64,000 bases of DNA from Octopus sinensis. Taxonomy: Eukaryota. Under the pieces are notes generated by a model that was not told the DNA's origin, ran no database searches, and was given only the letters and a program-made list of their open reading frames with translations. The first letter of the stretch is position 1. The number at the start of each line of letters is the position of its first letter. The DNA lies in NCBI RefSeq assembly GCF_006345805.1, contig NC_042998.1, positions 42,966,001 to 43,030,000 of the forward strand. Reading direction: 5' to 3'. Both the position numbers and the translations under genes were made by a program. Positions 63,467-64,000 of this stretch are shown piece after piece.

Positions 63467-63533
63467 TTGTGAAATTTGATTTAGTATTTCTAAATTCAAT
63501 TTTTTCCTGTAAGTTTGGAATAATATTCCCTCA

Positions 63534-63539
<6 letters not shown>

Positions 63540-63575
<36 letters not shown>

Positions 63576-63594
63576 CATATATATATACACACAC

Positions 63595-63627
<33 letters not shown>

Positions 63628-63755
63628 CAATATATATATATACACACACACATATATATACACATATATATACACACACATATATATATATATACATATA
63701 TACATATATAAATATACTTATATATACACACTATATATACACACACACACACACA

Positions 63756-63789
<34 letters not shown>

Positions 63790-63790
63790 C

Positions 63791-63848
<58 letters not shown>

Positions 63849-63865
63849 AATATATATACATATAT
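63540..63865. repeat. Compound (ATT)/(TA)/(CA) microsatellite
   Basis: Direct observation. Confidence 0.95.
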
Positions 63866-64000
63866 GTTAATGGTAATTTAGATATGTACATTTATTTAAT
63901 TATGATTATTTTATAATTATTATATTTGAATGTAAATTTTAAAATATTCGTTAGTCACTTTGGGATCTAGATCGTAAAAATGTTTTAATTGAACTATAAG

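Larger units (their letters stand above)
60540..63540 (+). mobile_element. Penelope-like retroelement derivative (GIY-YIG endonuclease, no recognisable RT core) with direct and inverted terminal repeats
   Basis: Direct repeats at about 60555-60655 and 63390-63540, with an inverted copy at about 60752-60850. It contains the endonuclease remnant and a hammerhead motif. Confidence 0.75.

Overview
AT-rich, microsatellite-dense animal genomic DNA. The SINE and RTE repeat families point to an octopus/cephalopod source (inference). Most of the window is nested transposable elements: two full-length but decayed mariners, a decayed Tc1/mariner shell, two hAT transposase pseudogenes, hAT and foldback MITEs, Helitron-like elements, two solo LTRs with clean TSDs, fragments of RTE, L1/Tx1 and Penelope-like retroelements, and many tRNA-derived SINEs. 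One probable host gene starts on the + strand: a signal-peptide, His/Gln-rich exon at 44581-44934 and a phase-compatible 58-nt exon at 54228-54285. Its product is not identified. The most notable signals are (i) Penelope-type hammerhead ribozyme motifs with unusually long stem II inserts at 5484-5567 and 63149-63245, the second inside an apparently RT-less GIY-YIG element with direct and inverted terminal repeats; (ii) a two-level tandem array of conserved-stem, variable-loop modules in an RTE 3' UTR at 36480-38690; (iii) a 96-bp duplication flanking a SINE; and (iv) a CpG-retaining island between CpG-depleted domains. Almost all ORFs in the supplied track are microsatellite or SINE artefacts. 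All alignments and folds were done by eye; no database search was run.
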